Below are positions 1 to 12,120 of a stretch of DNA of 64,000 bases, one piece after another. Numbering within the stretch: position 1 is the first letter of the stretch; each line of letters starts with the position of its first letter. Both the position numbers and the translations under genes were made by a program. The stretch lies in NCBI GenBank assembly GCA_000388065.2, contig KB932201.1; one strand, given 5' to 3'. The notes under the pieces are model-generated. The model did no database searches. It was given only the letters and a program-made list of their open reading frames with translations, and was not told where the DNA came from. The stretch comes from Fonticula alba ATCC 38817. Taxonomy: Eukaryota > Protista > Nucleariida.

Positions 1-18
1 CCCCGCCTCGGACAGCAG

Positions 19-1956
19 ATGACCCCGCCGCCTCCGCCGCCCGCGTCGGCCAAGAAGCGCGCTCTGCTCTACTCCGTCCCCACGGTCCCCACGCATGATG
101 AGGAGCCCGATGCTGGGCTGTCCGATTCCGAGGACCGGCACCAGCCGCTCGGGGTCTCGCTCAATGCCGACCCGGCCATTCCGGTGGACGCTGGCGATGA
201 GGCCTCCCCGGCCTCCGACACCCTCATGGACATGTACCTGCGCCACCAGAGCACCGCGCCGGTGAAGCACCCGCACGCGTATGCGCTGGACATGTGGGAG
301 GGCCGGGTGAGCCGCACCGAGATCGGTCTCTTCCTCGGCCGGGCGTACGTTCCGCCCCCCCCTCTATGCCTCCTCCCCTGCGTGTCTCGGCGATTGTGTA
401 ACACCCTTCGGTCGTGCTTTCCTCTTTCTTGTCGCCCCTCCTCTGCTCTCTCTCTCTCTCTCTCCTCCCTCTTCCTCCTCACAGGAAGGACTATAATTCG
501 CTGGTGCTGCTGCACTACACGGAGTTCTTCGACTTCTCGTCGCTCTCGCTGGACCAGGCCCTCCGGTACGTGAACATGCTCACTCATCCTCTGGCCTGGT
601 CTTGCTCTTTCCTTTTTCCCTTTTGCCAGTCCTCCTGGAACTTCGTCCCGGCCTCCGGGTATAGCTCCTCTCACTCTCTCGCTCTCTCGCTCGCTCTCTC
701 TCCCTCTCTCCCTCTCTCGCTCGCTCTCTCTCCCTCTCTCCCTCTCTCTCCCTCTCTCCCTCTCTCTTGCTTCTCCTCTAACATTCGCAATCATCGCTGG
801 GCACAGTCTTTTCCTCAGCAAATTCCGCCTGGCCGGAGAGTCGCAAGAGATCGACCGTGTCATGGCCGCATTCTCATACCAGTATTTCAAGCAGGCCGGA
901 AAGGCCCAGGGTTGGCAGTCTTCCGGTACGCGCAGCCACTCCCTTTGTTCCTTCTTTCGTCCTCCTTTTTTTCCCCTCCCTTCCGACCCATCCTCGCTCA
1001 CCTCGTCTTCTTTGCTGACCGTGTATGTTGCTCCTCCCTCTCCCCTTCTCCGCTCTTTCCCTCCCCCCTGAAAACAATGCTAGACACCGTGCACACTGTG
1101 GTCAGCTCACTGCTGCTGTTGAATACCGATCTGCACAACAAGATTGTCGACAAGAAGATGACCAGTCGGCAGTTTGTCGACAACACCCTGGTGGCCCTGC
1201 GTCTGTCATCGACTCCCACGCAGAAGGCCGGCGTGGCCGGGCTGGCAGCCCTGTCCCGGATGCCCGACCGCCGGTCACAGAAGTCCACCGATGACCTCCT
1301 TTCGCGGCCCATCACCGACGAGGAGAAGTCCCAGGGCATCCAGGGCGTCACGGGGTCCATGCTGAAGGTGCGTTACCCACGAGTCGCCGGCCATCCCCCT
1401 GCCCTCGACCATTCGCCATGTGCCTATGCTGGGTTGGCCGACCGCCCTGTGCGCCCCCACGCCTTGTCGCGCCTCCTCACCGCTGTCCACTCTCTTCCTC
1501 TACCCTGTCCCCTTCGGTCCTCCCCTCCCTCCCCCCATCACCCGCCCCCGGCTCCCTCCGCACGTATTGGCTGTCTGCAGGAGCTCTACAAGTCCATTAA
1601 GAGCAATCAGATCAAGGTGGTTAGCGACTCGCCGCCCCCGTCGTCCCCCTCGTCGGCGCAGTCGACCCTGAGCAAGAAGTCCGGCGCGGCGGCCGCCGGG
1701 GCCGCTGTCCCTGACGATCGGTCATCCATCCACTCGACGCAAAGCCGGCGCGGAGGCACCAGCAAGCGCATGAGTCTCTTCTCGGCTTTCAGTGCCCCGA
1801 CGCCGGAGGAGGAGGACCCGGCCGCTCCGCCGCGGGTGCTCCTATCGCGCAAGGTGCGTGGCCCCTGCTTCTCTTCGGTGTCCCTGTGGCCTGCTTGGCT
1901 CGACTGACTCTTCCCCTGCCCGCCTTTGTGCTCCATCTTCCTCCCTCTTTTTTCCC

Positions 1957-1989
<33 letters not shown>

Positions 1990-3585
1990 CCTTTTTCAGT
2001 CTACCATCCGCAAGGCCCTGGAGAACATTTCTGAAGTCCCGATCGTGCGTTGGCCCTCCCTCCCCCCGTCCCCATACGACGCGCGACATGTCCCGTGACT
2101 GCCCTCCTTTTCGTCCCCTCTGACACCACGCTCGGCCATGCACATGCGGTCCTCGTCCCGTAGTACTCCGATCCGCCCATCATCGAGGGGCTGCTCTTGA
2201 TGAAGCCCGTCCTCTCGGGCCCGGGGGTCCGCGCGGCCAACCGCCAATGGCGCACGGTCTTTGTTCGCGTCATCGGTTTTGTGGTATACATCTTCCGCGC
2301 CCATGGGATCACCATCCAGGAAAACAACTCCGGCGATCTGGTACGCCCACGCCCACGCCCACGCACACGCACACGCACACGCACACGCACACGCACACGC
2401 ACACGCACACGCACACGCACACGCACACGCACACGCACTTCATGCAGACAAATGCACACAGTGCAGTGGTCGCTCGCATTGGTCTCCAGCACACTGACCC
2501 TGCTGTTGCTGCCTCGCCCCCGGCGCCTACAGAGCTCGCGCCTCTTCACCGAGATGCTCACCCTTCACAGCTTGAGCCGGCCCATCAAGTACAAGACCTA
2601 TGAGCACATCTTCGAGTTTGCCACTGCCGATGGCCAGGTGCACTACTTCGATGTGCGTGCCCGGCTCTCCTCCCCTCCCCAGGCTCCTCCCCTTTGCCTT
2701 CCTCCCGGACGCTGACCGTGCTTCTTCCCCCCATCCGGCCTATCCACACTCCGGCAGACCGCCGATCGGCACTCCCTCACCATGTGGGTCCTCTGCCTGA
2801 ACCGCATGGCGGCCCAGTACTCGGCACAGCCACTCCCGCCGCCGGTGGGGTCGGAAGCCGGCCAGTACCATCCGCCGCTTTTGCCGATGACCCTGTCGCC
2901 GCATGCCAAGCGCCGGCCGGACCAGGTCAAGTACCTGGCCACCATCTGCAGTGGAGCGCGCGGGCACTTGCGCCGGGCCGAGGACCAGTGGCGTACCCTG
3001 GTCAAGGAGGCCGGCGGGGACATCCCGGTGTCCAGCGCGCCGGAGGCTCTGCTGTTGCCGAGTCCCCGGGCTCTCGGCGTTTCGGCCATCTACCCGGCCC
3101 CCGCGTCGGGGTCGGACCCGGCTCCGGGCGTGGCCGCGGGCCCCTATTCGCCGGGGAGCTCGCCGGCGGCCGGCGGCTCGGCCAAGCCCGAGCGTGGGAG
3201 CGCCGAGTCCGGCCTCCTTGAAGCCCCAACGGCCCTGTTCCCCCCGATGGCCAATGGCAGCGCCGAGCCGCTGCGATTCCACTACGACCACCAGTCGCTG
3301 GATGTCGATGGCGATCCACTTTTCACGATGGAGCACGCGTTCACCGGCCTGCCGCCCAAAGTGCAGGAGGCCATCGACCCGCGTGTGTTCCGCCATCATC
3401 AGGCCCGGTGGCTGGATCGGCGCCGCGAGTCCGACAAGTACTTCATCTACCTGGAGTCCTTGACCGCCCCGCTGCGCGTGACGGCCCAGCTGGCCAGCGG
3501 CGCGGGCTCCCCCGCGGCTGGCAACTCCTCGCCGGCGGTGTCCAGCCCCTCGGCCACGGATTCCCTGTCGTCGGTCGGCAACTAG
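19..3585 (+). CDS. PSD: EFA6/PSD-type Arf6 guanine-nucleotide exchange factor (Sec7 + PH + C-terminal coil), about 750 aa, possibly 5'-incomplete
   Basis: Exons 19-344, 485-565, 807-925, 1084-1367, 1581-1853, 2000-2044, 2164-2340, 2533-2652, 2758-3585, all GT-AG and in phase. Sec7 motifs FLSKFRLAGESQEIDRVM (Glu finger intact) and LLLLNTDLHN..KKMT..FVDN. PH domain ends in WVLCLNRMAAQYSAQPLPPPVGS..YHPPLLP, the EFA6/PSD signature. The frame is open to base 1, so the true start may lie upstream. Confidence 0.88.
2344..2438 (+). repeat. (GCCCAC)n grading into (GCACAC)n hexamer microsatellite in intron 7 of the Arf-GEF
   Basis: Directly visible; begins at the GTACGC donor at 2341. Confidence 0.95.
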
Positions 3586-3621
3586 CATGTCACGTTTCCC
3601 GTTGCCATCCCTCGCCCTCCC

Positions 3622-3657
<36 letters not shown>

Positions 3658-3737
3658 GCCTTCTCTCCGTCCTTCGCGCACGGCCACCATTGGTTCGGCA
3701 TTTGTTCTCGTGCGCCGTGCATATGCCGCCTTCGGGG

Positions 3738-3776
<39 letters not shown>

Positions 3777-4427
3777 GAAAAGATGCATTCGGAGCGGAGA
3801 CAGGCGAGCGGCGCCCTGGTGTTCCTTGCGTGCATGCACAGCCGTTCCTCTTGCGCGCCCCCTTCTGCTCGATCATCCTCCCTGGGGTGTCCCGGAGGGG
3901 GGGCTATTCCTTGAGAATCAATACACAGCCACTTCTTGTACAGCGCCACACACACACACACACGCACGCACACTGCTAGAGCGCCTGCCCCGTGCCTTTC
4001 TCGACAGCATCCCCGCAGGATGCCGTCGCCTGAAGAGGCCCTGGCCCCACCACGAACACACATTGCGAGCGAGGAGCCGGAACAAGGGCCAGGGAGGACG
4101 CGGGAGAGCCGTGCATGTTATGAGCACCGGCAGTCGCGATTGTCTCCGATCAGTGCCAACTCACTGCCCACTTCGGGGGCGGGGGGGGGACCGGGCCATT
4201 GCAGGCCCGGGCGACTGTGTGCCCCGCTCGCGGGGCACCATTATTGGAGGGGCTCGTGGGCAAGCGCCGCCAGCGCATGTGCCCGTCGGCCTGCCGGATC
4301 GCCACTTTTCGGAAGGTCACACCCGGTTCCTGAACCCGACGGCAGACCCACACCCGCGCCTCCCCCCCCCCCAATCTCCCTGTTCCGCTTCCTTCTAAGA
4401 TTCACCTCTGCCGATTGGGCTGGCACG

Positions 4428-4444
4428 ACAGCAGCGGCGGCGAC

Positions 4445-4484
<40 letters not shown>

Positions 4485-4581
4485 CCACCAGACCACCACC
4501 AGACCACCACCACACCACCACCACACCACCACCACACCACCACCACACCACCACCAGACCACCACCACACCACCACCAGAC
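4428..4581 (+). repeat. Compound (GCA)n plus imperfect CAC/CCA-rich repeat upstream of CDIN1
   Basis: Directly visible: a gcagca run followed by repeated ACCACCACCA(C/G)-like units. Confidence 0.9.
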
Positions 4582-4599
4582 CAGGCAAGCCAGTGAAGC

Positions 4600-5847
4600 A
4601 TGTCCCCCCCGCCGCCGGCCGCCCCTGCCGGGACACTGGCTCCGCGGGTCGTCATTGACGCCGCCTACTTGGCCGAGCATGTCACCCCAAATCTGGGCGA
4701 CCGTTTGGCCATTCAGCCCCTGAGCGTCAAGTCCGGGTGTGTCTCGTTCTCTCTGGTACTCCAGGTGCTCGGGCCTGCTTCTGACCCTCCTTCCGCCTTC
4801 CTTACCCCCCCCCCCTCTCGAATTTCCGTTGCCGACTGGCCGCTGTCCCCTTCCGACCGGCCGGAGTGGCGCAGGATCCCCCTTGATGCGCTGATCAGCC
4901 ACGCAACCAAGGTGGCACAGGACCGCATGCGGGATGCCCCCGGCTCGGGATCGATCCACCCCAAGCGCCTGGCCGCGGCGCTGGTGCCGGCCGTGGATGA
5001 GTACTTCCGAACAGTGGCCGGGATTTGCCTGGCCGCCGGGTGTGGGTGCCTGCTGCCTGCCAGCGCGCGTCGAGACGTCCTGCCTGGGGGGCCCGGCGGT
5101 GCCTCCCCCCGACGGGGCCCCCAAACACCGGGACCCGGTGTCCCGGGAGGTGGGGTCCCGTCGGACTGGGGGCCGGGTACGCCCGGCACGCCGGCCAGCT
5201 GGTGGGCCGGCGTCGAACTGCCAGACTCGACCCCCGGCACGCCGAGCTTCAGGAGCGCCCGGAGCCCCAGCCCCGACCTGATGTCTCTCGGCGGAGACTC
5301 ATGCTCGGCGGTTGTCGGCGCCCGTTGGCTCTTCACCCAGCTGGGGATGCACCTGCAGGTGGCGCCGGGGCGCCTGCACCGGGTTCTCTTCTCGGCCTGG
5401 CGTTCGAGCACCGGCGCCGCTCGGCATGCCCTGTCCGAGGCCAAGGCCACGGCAGCTGCCCTCTCCGATGAGCAAGTCCTGCTGCTGGCCTGCCAGGCTC
5501 TCTGGCGCATCAGCCAATACTGTGCCAGCTTGGTGGACCAGTCGCTGAATCTCCCGCGCTTGGAGTTCCTCCGCCTGCGGGTGGGCGAGAGCTATGAATT
5601 TTTTCTCCGGCAGCAGCTTGCCGCTCTGGGCATCCCCTTCATTGGTGCGTACTCCGCTGGTCGTGCCATTCTTCTCCCCCTTGCTGTCTCTCTCTCTCTC
5701 CCCCCTCTCTCTCTTTATCTTTGCAGCTCTATGCCGCCCAGACTCTTTCGTATATCCTCGTCCACCTGTCCGCGCATGTGCGCTTGCAGATCCTGACATA
5801 TATCTATTTATTGCTTTTTTTGCATATACACACACACACTCACCCAC

Positions 5848-5940
<93 letters not shown>

Positions 5941-6635
5941 CGCATACTGGATCAGATGAGTTTCGCATGCGCGACCTTGGCTACCCCAAGACCCCGGACA
6001 TACGCCTCTCGGTGCCGATCAGTGCGCATATGCTTCTCCTCCTTCCTCCCCGTCGATTGTGCCTGCCCCTGGTCACCAGCATGCACTTCCCTCGGGAACT
6101 TACCTCCCCCTCTCCCTCGGCATGCCACTTGCGGTGAACCTCCTGCTCGCCCCCCCCCCGCGCGCGCCCCATTTGCCCAGTGGTCGGCCCTTGCACCGTC
6201 AACTGGATCGAGTCAAAAGCCATCTTCGGCTCGCAGGATGCCCACAACCGCATCATGGCCGAGCAACTCCGGCCCTATCTCTCGCGCTTTGGCCCGGGAA
6301 TGGTCATCTATTGGAAGGGAGTGGCCGACGACGTCCTCGCAGGAGGGCCCCTCGGCCCACCGCCTGCCTCGAAACCCCCGGCCCCGGAACTCCAGCTGCA
6401 AGAGCAAGTACAGCAGCAGCCGCAGCAGCCGCAGCCACAACAACAGCAGCAGCAGCAGCAGCAGCAGCACCAACAACATCCAGCCGGGGCCGGCCTCTCG
6501 GCTGCCCTGGACGCCGGCCTCACACATTGCTACTACGACCTGGAGAGCATCCTGGTGCTGGATTACTTCCCGCGGGAGTTTGTCCGGTGCCTCATGCCGG
6601 CCCGACACGAGAGCGACCCCCCCGTCACAATATAG
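4600..6635 (+). CDS. CDIN1: CDAN1-interacting nuclease 1 (C15orf41-like, TPD-domain PD-(D/E)XK nuclease), about 521 aa
   Basis: Exons 4600-5644, 5956-6021, 6181-6635. Spliced protein GESYEFFLRQQLAALGIPFI/DEFRMRDLGYPKTPDIRLSVPI/MVGPCTVNWIESKAIFG..QLRPYLSRFGPGMVIYWKG matches the family motifs GYDKTPD, HWIESKASFG and RFGPGLVIYW. The start codon is uncertain. Confidence 0.85.
5850..5938 (+). repeat. Long (AC)n dinucleotide microsatellite in CDIN1 intron 1
   Basis: Directly visible. Confidence 0.97.
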
Positions 6636-6748
6636 ACCACATGGAGCCACAGCCAACCATCTATTGCAGTGGGTGGGGATGGCGGCCGGGAGGCGAGCCA
6701 GTCGAGTACAAGTGGGAATCAAGCGCGACGGGGCCCGGATAAAAAGCC

Positions 6749-9700
6749 TCACCGGCCGCCCGGCGGAGCCGGCGGCTGACCCGAGTGGTGGTTGTGATGG
6801 TGCTGCAGAGGCGTCTCCAGCTGGCGGAAGATCCCCCCACGAGGGGGCGGCGGTGAGGAAAGGGCGATCACCGCTTGGATCATGCGCGGGGGAACAAACC
6901 CCGGCGACGCGGGGTGGCTCGGGGGCGAGAGGTCCGGGTCATCGGCAGGCCCGCCACCGCCGCCGCCGCCGCCGCCGCTGTTGTGGGCTGCCAGCAGGGC
7001 ATCCAGCTGCTGGGCCGAGGGGGACCGTACGGGCCGGCCGGCCCCGGAGCCCGGGGCCCCGGGCACCAGCCCCGGCGGGCTGCCCAGCCGATGCAAAGGC
7101 ACCCCCCCGGTGAAGGGCGAGTGCGCCAGGCCAACAATGTTCCCGGCGGGTGAACTGAAGGCCGACACCGAGCCGGAGGACATCCCGGAGGAGGGCGCCG
7201 GCGAGGTGGGACCACCGCCCGGGCCCGCCGGGCCGCCATCATACCCCGACGTCGAGCCGCCGCGCTCGCCGCCGTGGCTGGCTGCCTCGCCGGCGGGTCC
7301 GGCCCCGCGGCCGGACTGCGGCGACCCCGGGGCCGGGGGATAGGCCAAGCCCGGCCGGCCGGCCGATGGGTGATGCATGCCCCCGGCGCTGGGCCCGGAG
7401 CCAGGACTGCCACCGGCCCCGGGGCTGCCGCCAGCCAGCTGGTAGCCCGGCGCATCAGGCGGGAAGATGCCGGAGGCCCCGGCGGCGGCCGCTGCCATGG
7501 CTGCGGCGGAGGCCCGCCGCGCGTGGCCCCCCCGCCCGGCTCCCGCCGTGACCAGGGTCGGCTGCGTGGAGGATGCATAGAAGGCGTAAATGGTCCGCGA
7601 GAGATCGTCATCGGCGGCTCCCCCGGCCCCGGCCAGCGAGCCGGGCGGAGTGCCAGCCCCGCCGAGCGAGCCGCCGGCCCCGGTGGCCCCGGCCGCCACG
7701 GCCGCAGCCTGGGCCACAGCCACGGCCACGGCCGGGCCGGCCGCCGGGGTGGCCGGCCGACCGGCCGACCCGGCCCCGGAAGCCCCGGCCCCCGAGGTGC
7801 CGGGCCCGGCTGCTCCGGAGACCCCGGCCCCGCTGGCCACCGTGGACCCGGCGGCCGCCGCACTGGCCGCCAGCATGGATGTCGCGCTGGCGGAGGGGGA
7901 AAACTCCGGGTGTCCCCAGGTGAGCTGCTCAAACCCCGGAGCCGGGACCGCAGTCACACCGGCCATCAGGCTCTGCAGGGCAATCTGGAAGCGCGGCCAG
8001 GTGGCCGCCTGCTCGGCCTCGAAGAAGGGATCCGCCTCCGGCTCGTCGGTATCGCCAAAGGTATTGTCAGCCTCCATCTCGATGATTGGCAGGTACAGCT
8101 GCAGCAGGGCCAGCTGGGCCGCCGAGTGGGCCGCCGACAGGGCCAACCGCGCGGGGCTCGTTTCGCCGGCCAGCGCCGCCAGCGGCAAGAAGGAATTCGA
8201 CGCCGACTGGAGACGCTGCATGCCGGAAAAGTGCAGGGGCGCCAGGATGTGCCCGCAGCGGCTGGGCTTGTGGATGACCGTCAGCTGGTCCAACGACCGG
8301 CGGGAGAAGAGCACACCCGTGTGATCGTAGAGGATCAACTGCTGGGCCCCCAGACGCGAGACATTCAGCTCGGCCCCCGGGGAGTCGCCAGCCCCCGGGG
8401 CCGGGGAGGCGGCCGCCAGCTCGGCCACCGGGCGCATGGTCAGGCGGATGCCCGCATGGGCACAGACAGCCGAGCCGGAAGCCGGCGCCGGCCAGTGTGC
8501 GGCCCCCGGATCGGGGCCCGGCTCGGCGTCGGGATCACCCGCATCAGGACCAGGACCCACAAGCCCGGCACACTCGGAGCATGCGCCGGCTTCCGGGTCG
8601 AAGGGCGCCGACCAGGCGATCGGCAGCGGGGATGTCCACAGGGAGGCCGGCGCGCCAGACAGAGCCTCCACAGCCCGGACCGGGTCCAGGCCCTTCTGGA
8701 GACGCTGTCGCAGCGAGGCCGCCGGGCCGGCTTCCTCGGCACCTGCCCCCTCGACCGGTGCCTGCTCCGGCCCTGCTTCCGCCTCGGCCTCGGCCTCGGC
8801 CTCGGCCTCGGCCTCATCCAGGCCGGGTGCTCGGTCGAAGTGGGGGAGGAAAAACTCGTCATCCGAGTCCACGGTCTCCGAGTAGAGCCCATCGTCCGAG
8901 GAGAAGCCCCCGAACTCCTCCCAGTCCAGCAGGGTGGCCAGGACCTCGGCGTCGGCCGGCTGCTCGGCCTCCAGCCGCACCCGACTGAGAGGGTGCGCCG
9001 ATGCCCGCTGATCCGGCAGGCAGGCATACCGGTGGTGCTCGCGCGAGCGCTCCATCAGCTGGTGAAAGGCCGCCTGCGCGCCGAACCGGAAGCGAATCTC
9101 CTGGGCCGCGTGCGTCCAGGCATCGGCTCGACTGGGGACCGGGCACACCAGGGCCGGGCTCAGCGGCGGCGACCCGGGCAGGCGGATGGCATTGGCCGGG
9201 GTGACCAGGTGCTCAGCATACAGCCCCAGGTGTCGGTTGTAGTGCAGGACATTCAGGTCCGACATGTAGAAGGAGGTGTCCTGTGCAAAAAGGTGATTCT
9301 GCAGCAGCGACGGGATCCCGTGGAGGCCGCCCAGAGGCGCCGGGGCTGGGGTCGGCATGGCAGCCGGCCCCGGCCCTCGGTCCGCCCCACGCGAGGCCAC
9401 AATCGATTTGAGCGAGTGGAACTGGTCCACGCTGAAGGCCCGGCTCAGGCTGGCTGCCAGGTCGGGCAGCTGCTCTTGCGCGATGGCGCGCTGCATTTCC
9501 GCGTGAGAGGGCGGGAGGGCGAAGAGAAGAGAAGGATAGATAGATGGGAAGGAAGAGAGAGAGAGAGAGAGAGGCGGAGAGAGGCGGAGAGAGGCGGAGA
9601 GAGGCGGAGAGAGACGGAGAGAGACGGAGAGAGGCGGAGAGAGGCGGAGAGATCCAAGTCAGCAGGGAGATCAAACGAGGAGCTGCGGTATCCCGCGGAA

Positions 9701-10855
9701 GGAGGGACAAAAAAGGAGGCAGCACAATGGCCGGCAGGAACTGGGGCATGGCAGGACACGCACCACATAGTTCAGGCTGTCCGGCTCGTAAACCGACGCC
9801 GGCTGCAGGATAACCGCCAGAGCCAGGAGGCGATCCGGTGCCAGGGCTTGACTGCGCCGATCGCCCGGATTCACATCCACCACCAGCCAGTAAATCCCGG
9901 CGTAGGCTCCAGCCGCCGGGGTGGCCGGTGGGCAAAGGTACAGATACTCCGGGTTGAGGATGCGCAGGGGCGGCCGGTCGGCCGGGTAGCGTGACAGCTG
10001 GGCATTCGGGCTGAAGACCGACGGCCGGAAGCCGGACGGGGTGGTCACGGCCGGTGGAGACGCATAGAAGTCCTTCTCCGAAGTGGGCGCCCCGGCCATC
10101 GCCTCGGACGACGGGTACAGGCCAAGCTGCATGCGATCCTGTGCATCGAGGAAGACAAACTGCAGATCCTCGAACAGGGGCGCTCGAGGCCCGGAATGCT
10201 GGCAGGGGAAGGAGGAGGGCAGATAGGGACAGCGAGAAAGGATGGGAGTCAGCGGGGGGGAGGGGGGGGGGGGGAAGGCACAATGGCAAGAGAGGGCACA
10301 GTGTTGAGAGAGGGCACTGTGGCAAAAGGAGGCGGATGGCACTTGAACAGGGGGCCAAGGGGGAAGGAGGGGGGGGGGGGGGAAACGCACCGAGTCAGAG
10401 GCCGCCAGCGCGGCCCCCTGCGGAATTAGATGCGACAGGAGGCTGGTCAGGGAGGGGGTCATCCGGCCGGATAGGAGCTGTCCTGGGGAGTAGCGATGCG
10501 AGGCGGCAAAGACACCGGCCCCGGGGGAAGTAGACGCCGCAAGCGCCACATCCGGCGAAAGAGACGTCGCCATCGGGCAGTTGGCCTGGCCCTGCTGGCC
10601 GTACAGCCGCGGAAGCAGGGAGGCCGGGTCGTCTGGCCGGAAGCCCGGCGGATTGGTCGGCGTACGCTCCACCAAAAAGAGCGCCGCCGAGAGGTTCCCC
10701 CGCTCAGAGAGGATTGTCTCGATCAGGGAGTTCGACCGAAGAAGAACGCCCGGGGGGATCTGCACAAGAAGGAAGGAGTGGACCGCATATTGGAGGGGGG
10801 GGGGGAGAGAGAGGGGGGGGGGTCAGCCGAAGGGCGGCACTGGCAGTGGTGGTGA

Positions 10856-10900
<45 letters not shown>

Positions 10901-12120
10901 GGAGGGACCCGGGAAAAGAGCAGCCCCGTGGCAATGGACCCCGTGTGGGGTACCGCAGCCGGCGGGGCGGCAGGGAGGATGGATCCAGGAGCGCACCGTG
11001 TCTGGCGAAACCTTGATGGTGGCACCGTCGCCGAGGACCGGGAACACCGAGCCCGATAGGGTCTGGAGGATGGGCACAGCCGTGGTGCTGAGGGTCCGAC
11101 GAAGGGCATCCCGGAAGGCCTCATTGGAGGTGGGCCACTTGTCGCGCTTGCGCGAATGGTACTTGGTCACGATATCCAGCTCCTCGGCCGAGAGGGGCGG
11201 ACTGGAGGAGGAGGAGGAGGAGATATCGGCCTCGGGGAGGGCGGCCGCTCCGCCGGCGGAGGCGGCCTCCTCCGGCTGCCGATCAAACTCATCGAAGAGC
11301 CCCTCCACGCGCAGGCCACACAGCCGGCGCAGGTGGTTCAGCGGCCCGACCGCAAAGCGCAGAGCCGTCAAGATCCGGTGAAGCTCCGTGCGCAGGGTGG
11401 CGGCCACCGACTCGATCGGCGCACCATGGTGCTGGCCCACCAGCACCGCCACCAGCTGCGTGTCCAGGACCGGCTCCATCTCGGCCTCGGCGTGCACGGT
11501 CGGCGGGGCCGGCGGCCCGAGCAGCTGCTGCAAGCAAATCTGCCGCCCGACGTCCGTCTGCTTGGCCGGGCCCCGGGGCGGGGTGGCCTGCTCGCGATCC
11601 AGGAAGGCCGTGTCAAAGTCCCCGAGCTTGCGCATCACCACACAGTCACTGCTCATGGCCATGTGATCCAGATTGGAGCTGGCCAGGAAGTAGCCCACCG
11701 CGTCGAGGCCGCTCACCAGGCCGGCCAGCAGGAGCTGATCCTGGTTGGTGAGGTACTGCGAAAGGGGGGGGGGGGGGGAGAGAGACAGGGAGGTCAGAGT
11801 GGCGCCGAGGGCTTGCATGGAGGGAGGGAGGCCCGAGGGAGAGGTAGCGAGAGGGGGGGGGGAGAGAGAGGCGGGCGGAAGGCCGCGCGCGTGAAGGGGC
11901 TCACCTCGTTCGGCCAGGCGAAGATGATCTGCTGCTCGAACACCTGCGCCGGAGTGAGACGGTCGTTGGCCGCCGGCACCGGGTCGAAGATGACCAACAG
12001 CCGCCGGCCGTCCGGCACCAGACTGGACCAGGGGCCGCCGGGGCCGCTCGGCCCGGGGAGGGCCGTCAGCGCGGCCTCCGCATCCAGAGCCAGCGAGGGG
12101 GTCTTGACCGCCTGCTCCAT
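6749..12120 (-). CDS. HPS4: HPS4-like tri-longin protein (BLOC-3 / CCZ1-INTU-HPS4 family) with long low-complexity insertions, about 1506 aa
   Basis: Exons 12120-11905, 11755-10997, 10759-10391, 10198-9764, 9490-6749, all phase 0 and GT-AG. Blocks resemble human HPS4: IIFAWPNEYLTNQDQLLLAGLVSGL ([24 protein letters not shown]), LRFAVGPL (FNFYNGPV), IPPGVLLRSNSLIETI (VEPLLLLKAARILQT), LSGRMTPSLTSLL (VSTQLPPSLTAKV), LNVLHYNR (YNFTHYDR). Confidence 0.68.
9555..9651 (+). repeat. (GA)n plus GAGAGGCGGA decamer tandem repeat in the last HPS4-like intron
   Basis: Directly visible tandem copies of gagaggcgga / gagagacgga. Confidence 0.9.

Noticed and set aside
7274-9994. 906-aa plus-strand ORF, and similar long antisense ORFs at 35602-37440, 26402-27769 and 17520-19067
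   Set aside because: These are shadows of real genes on the opposite strand. High GC and C-ending codons suppress antisense stops, and the translations carry no family motifs.
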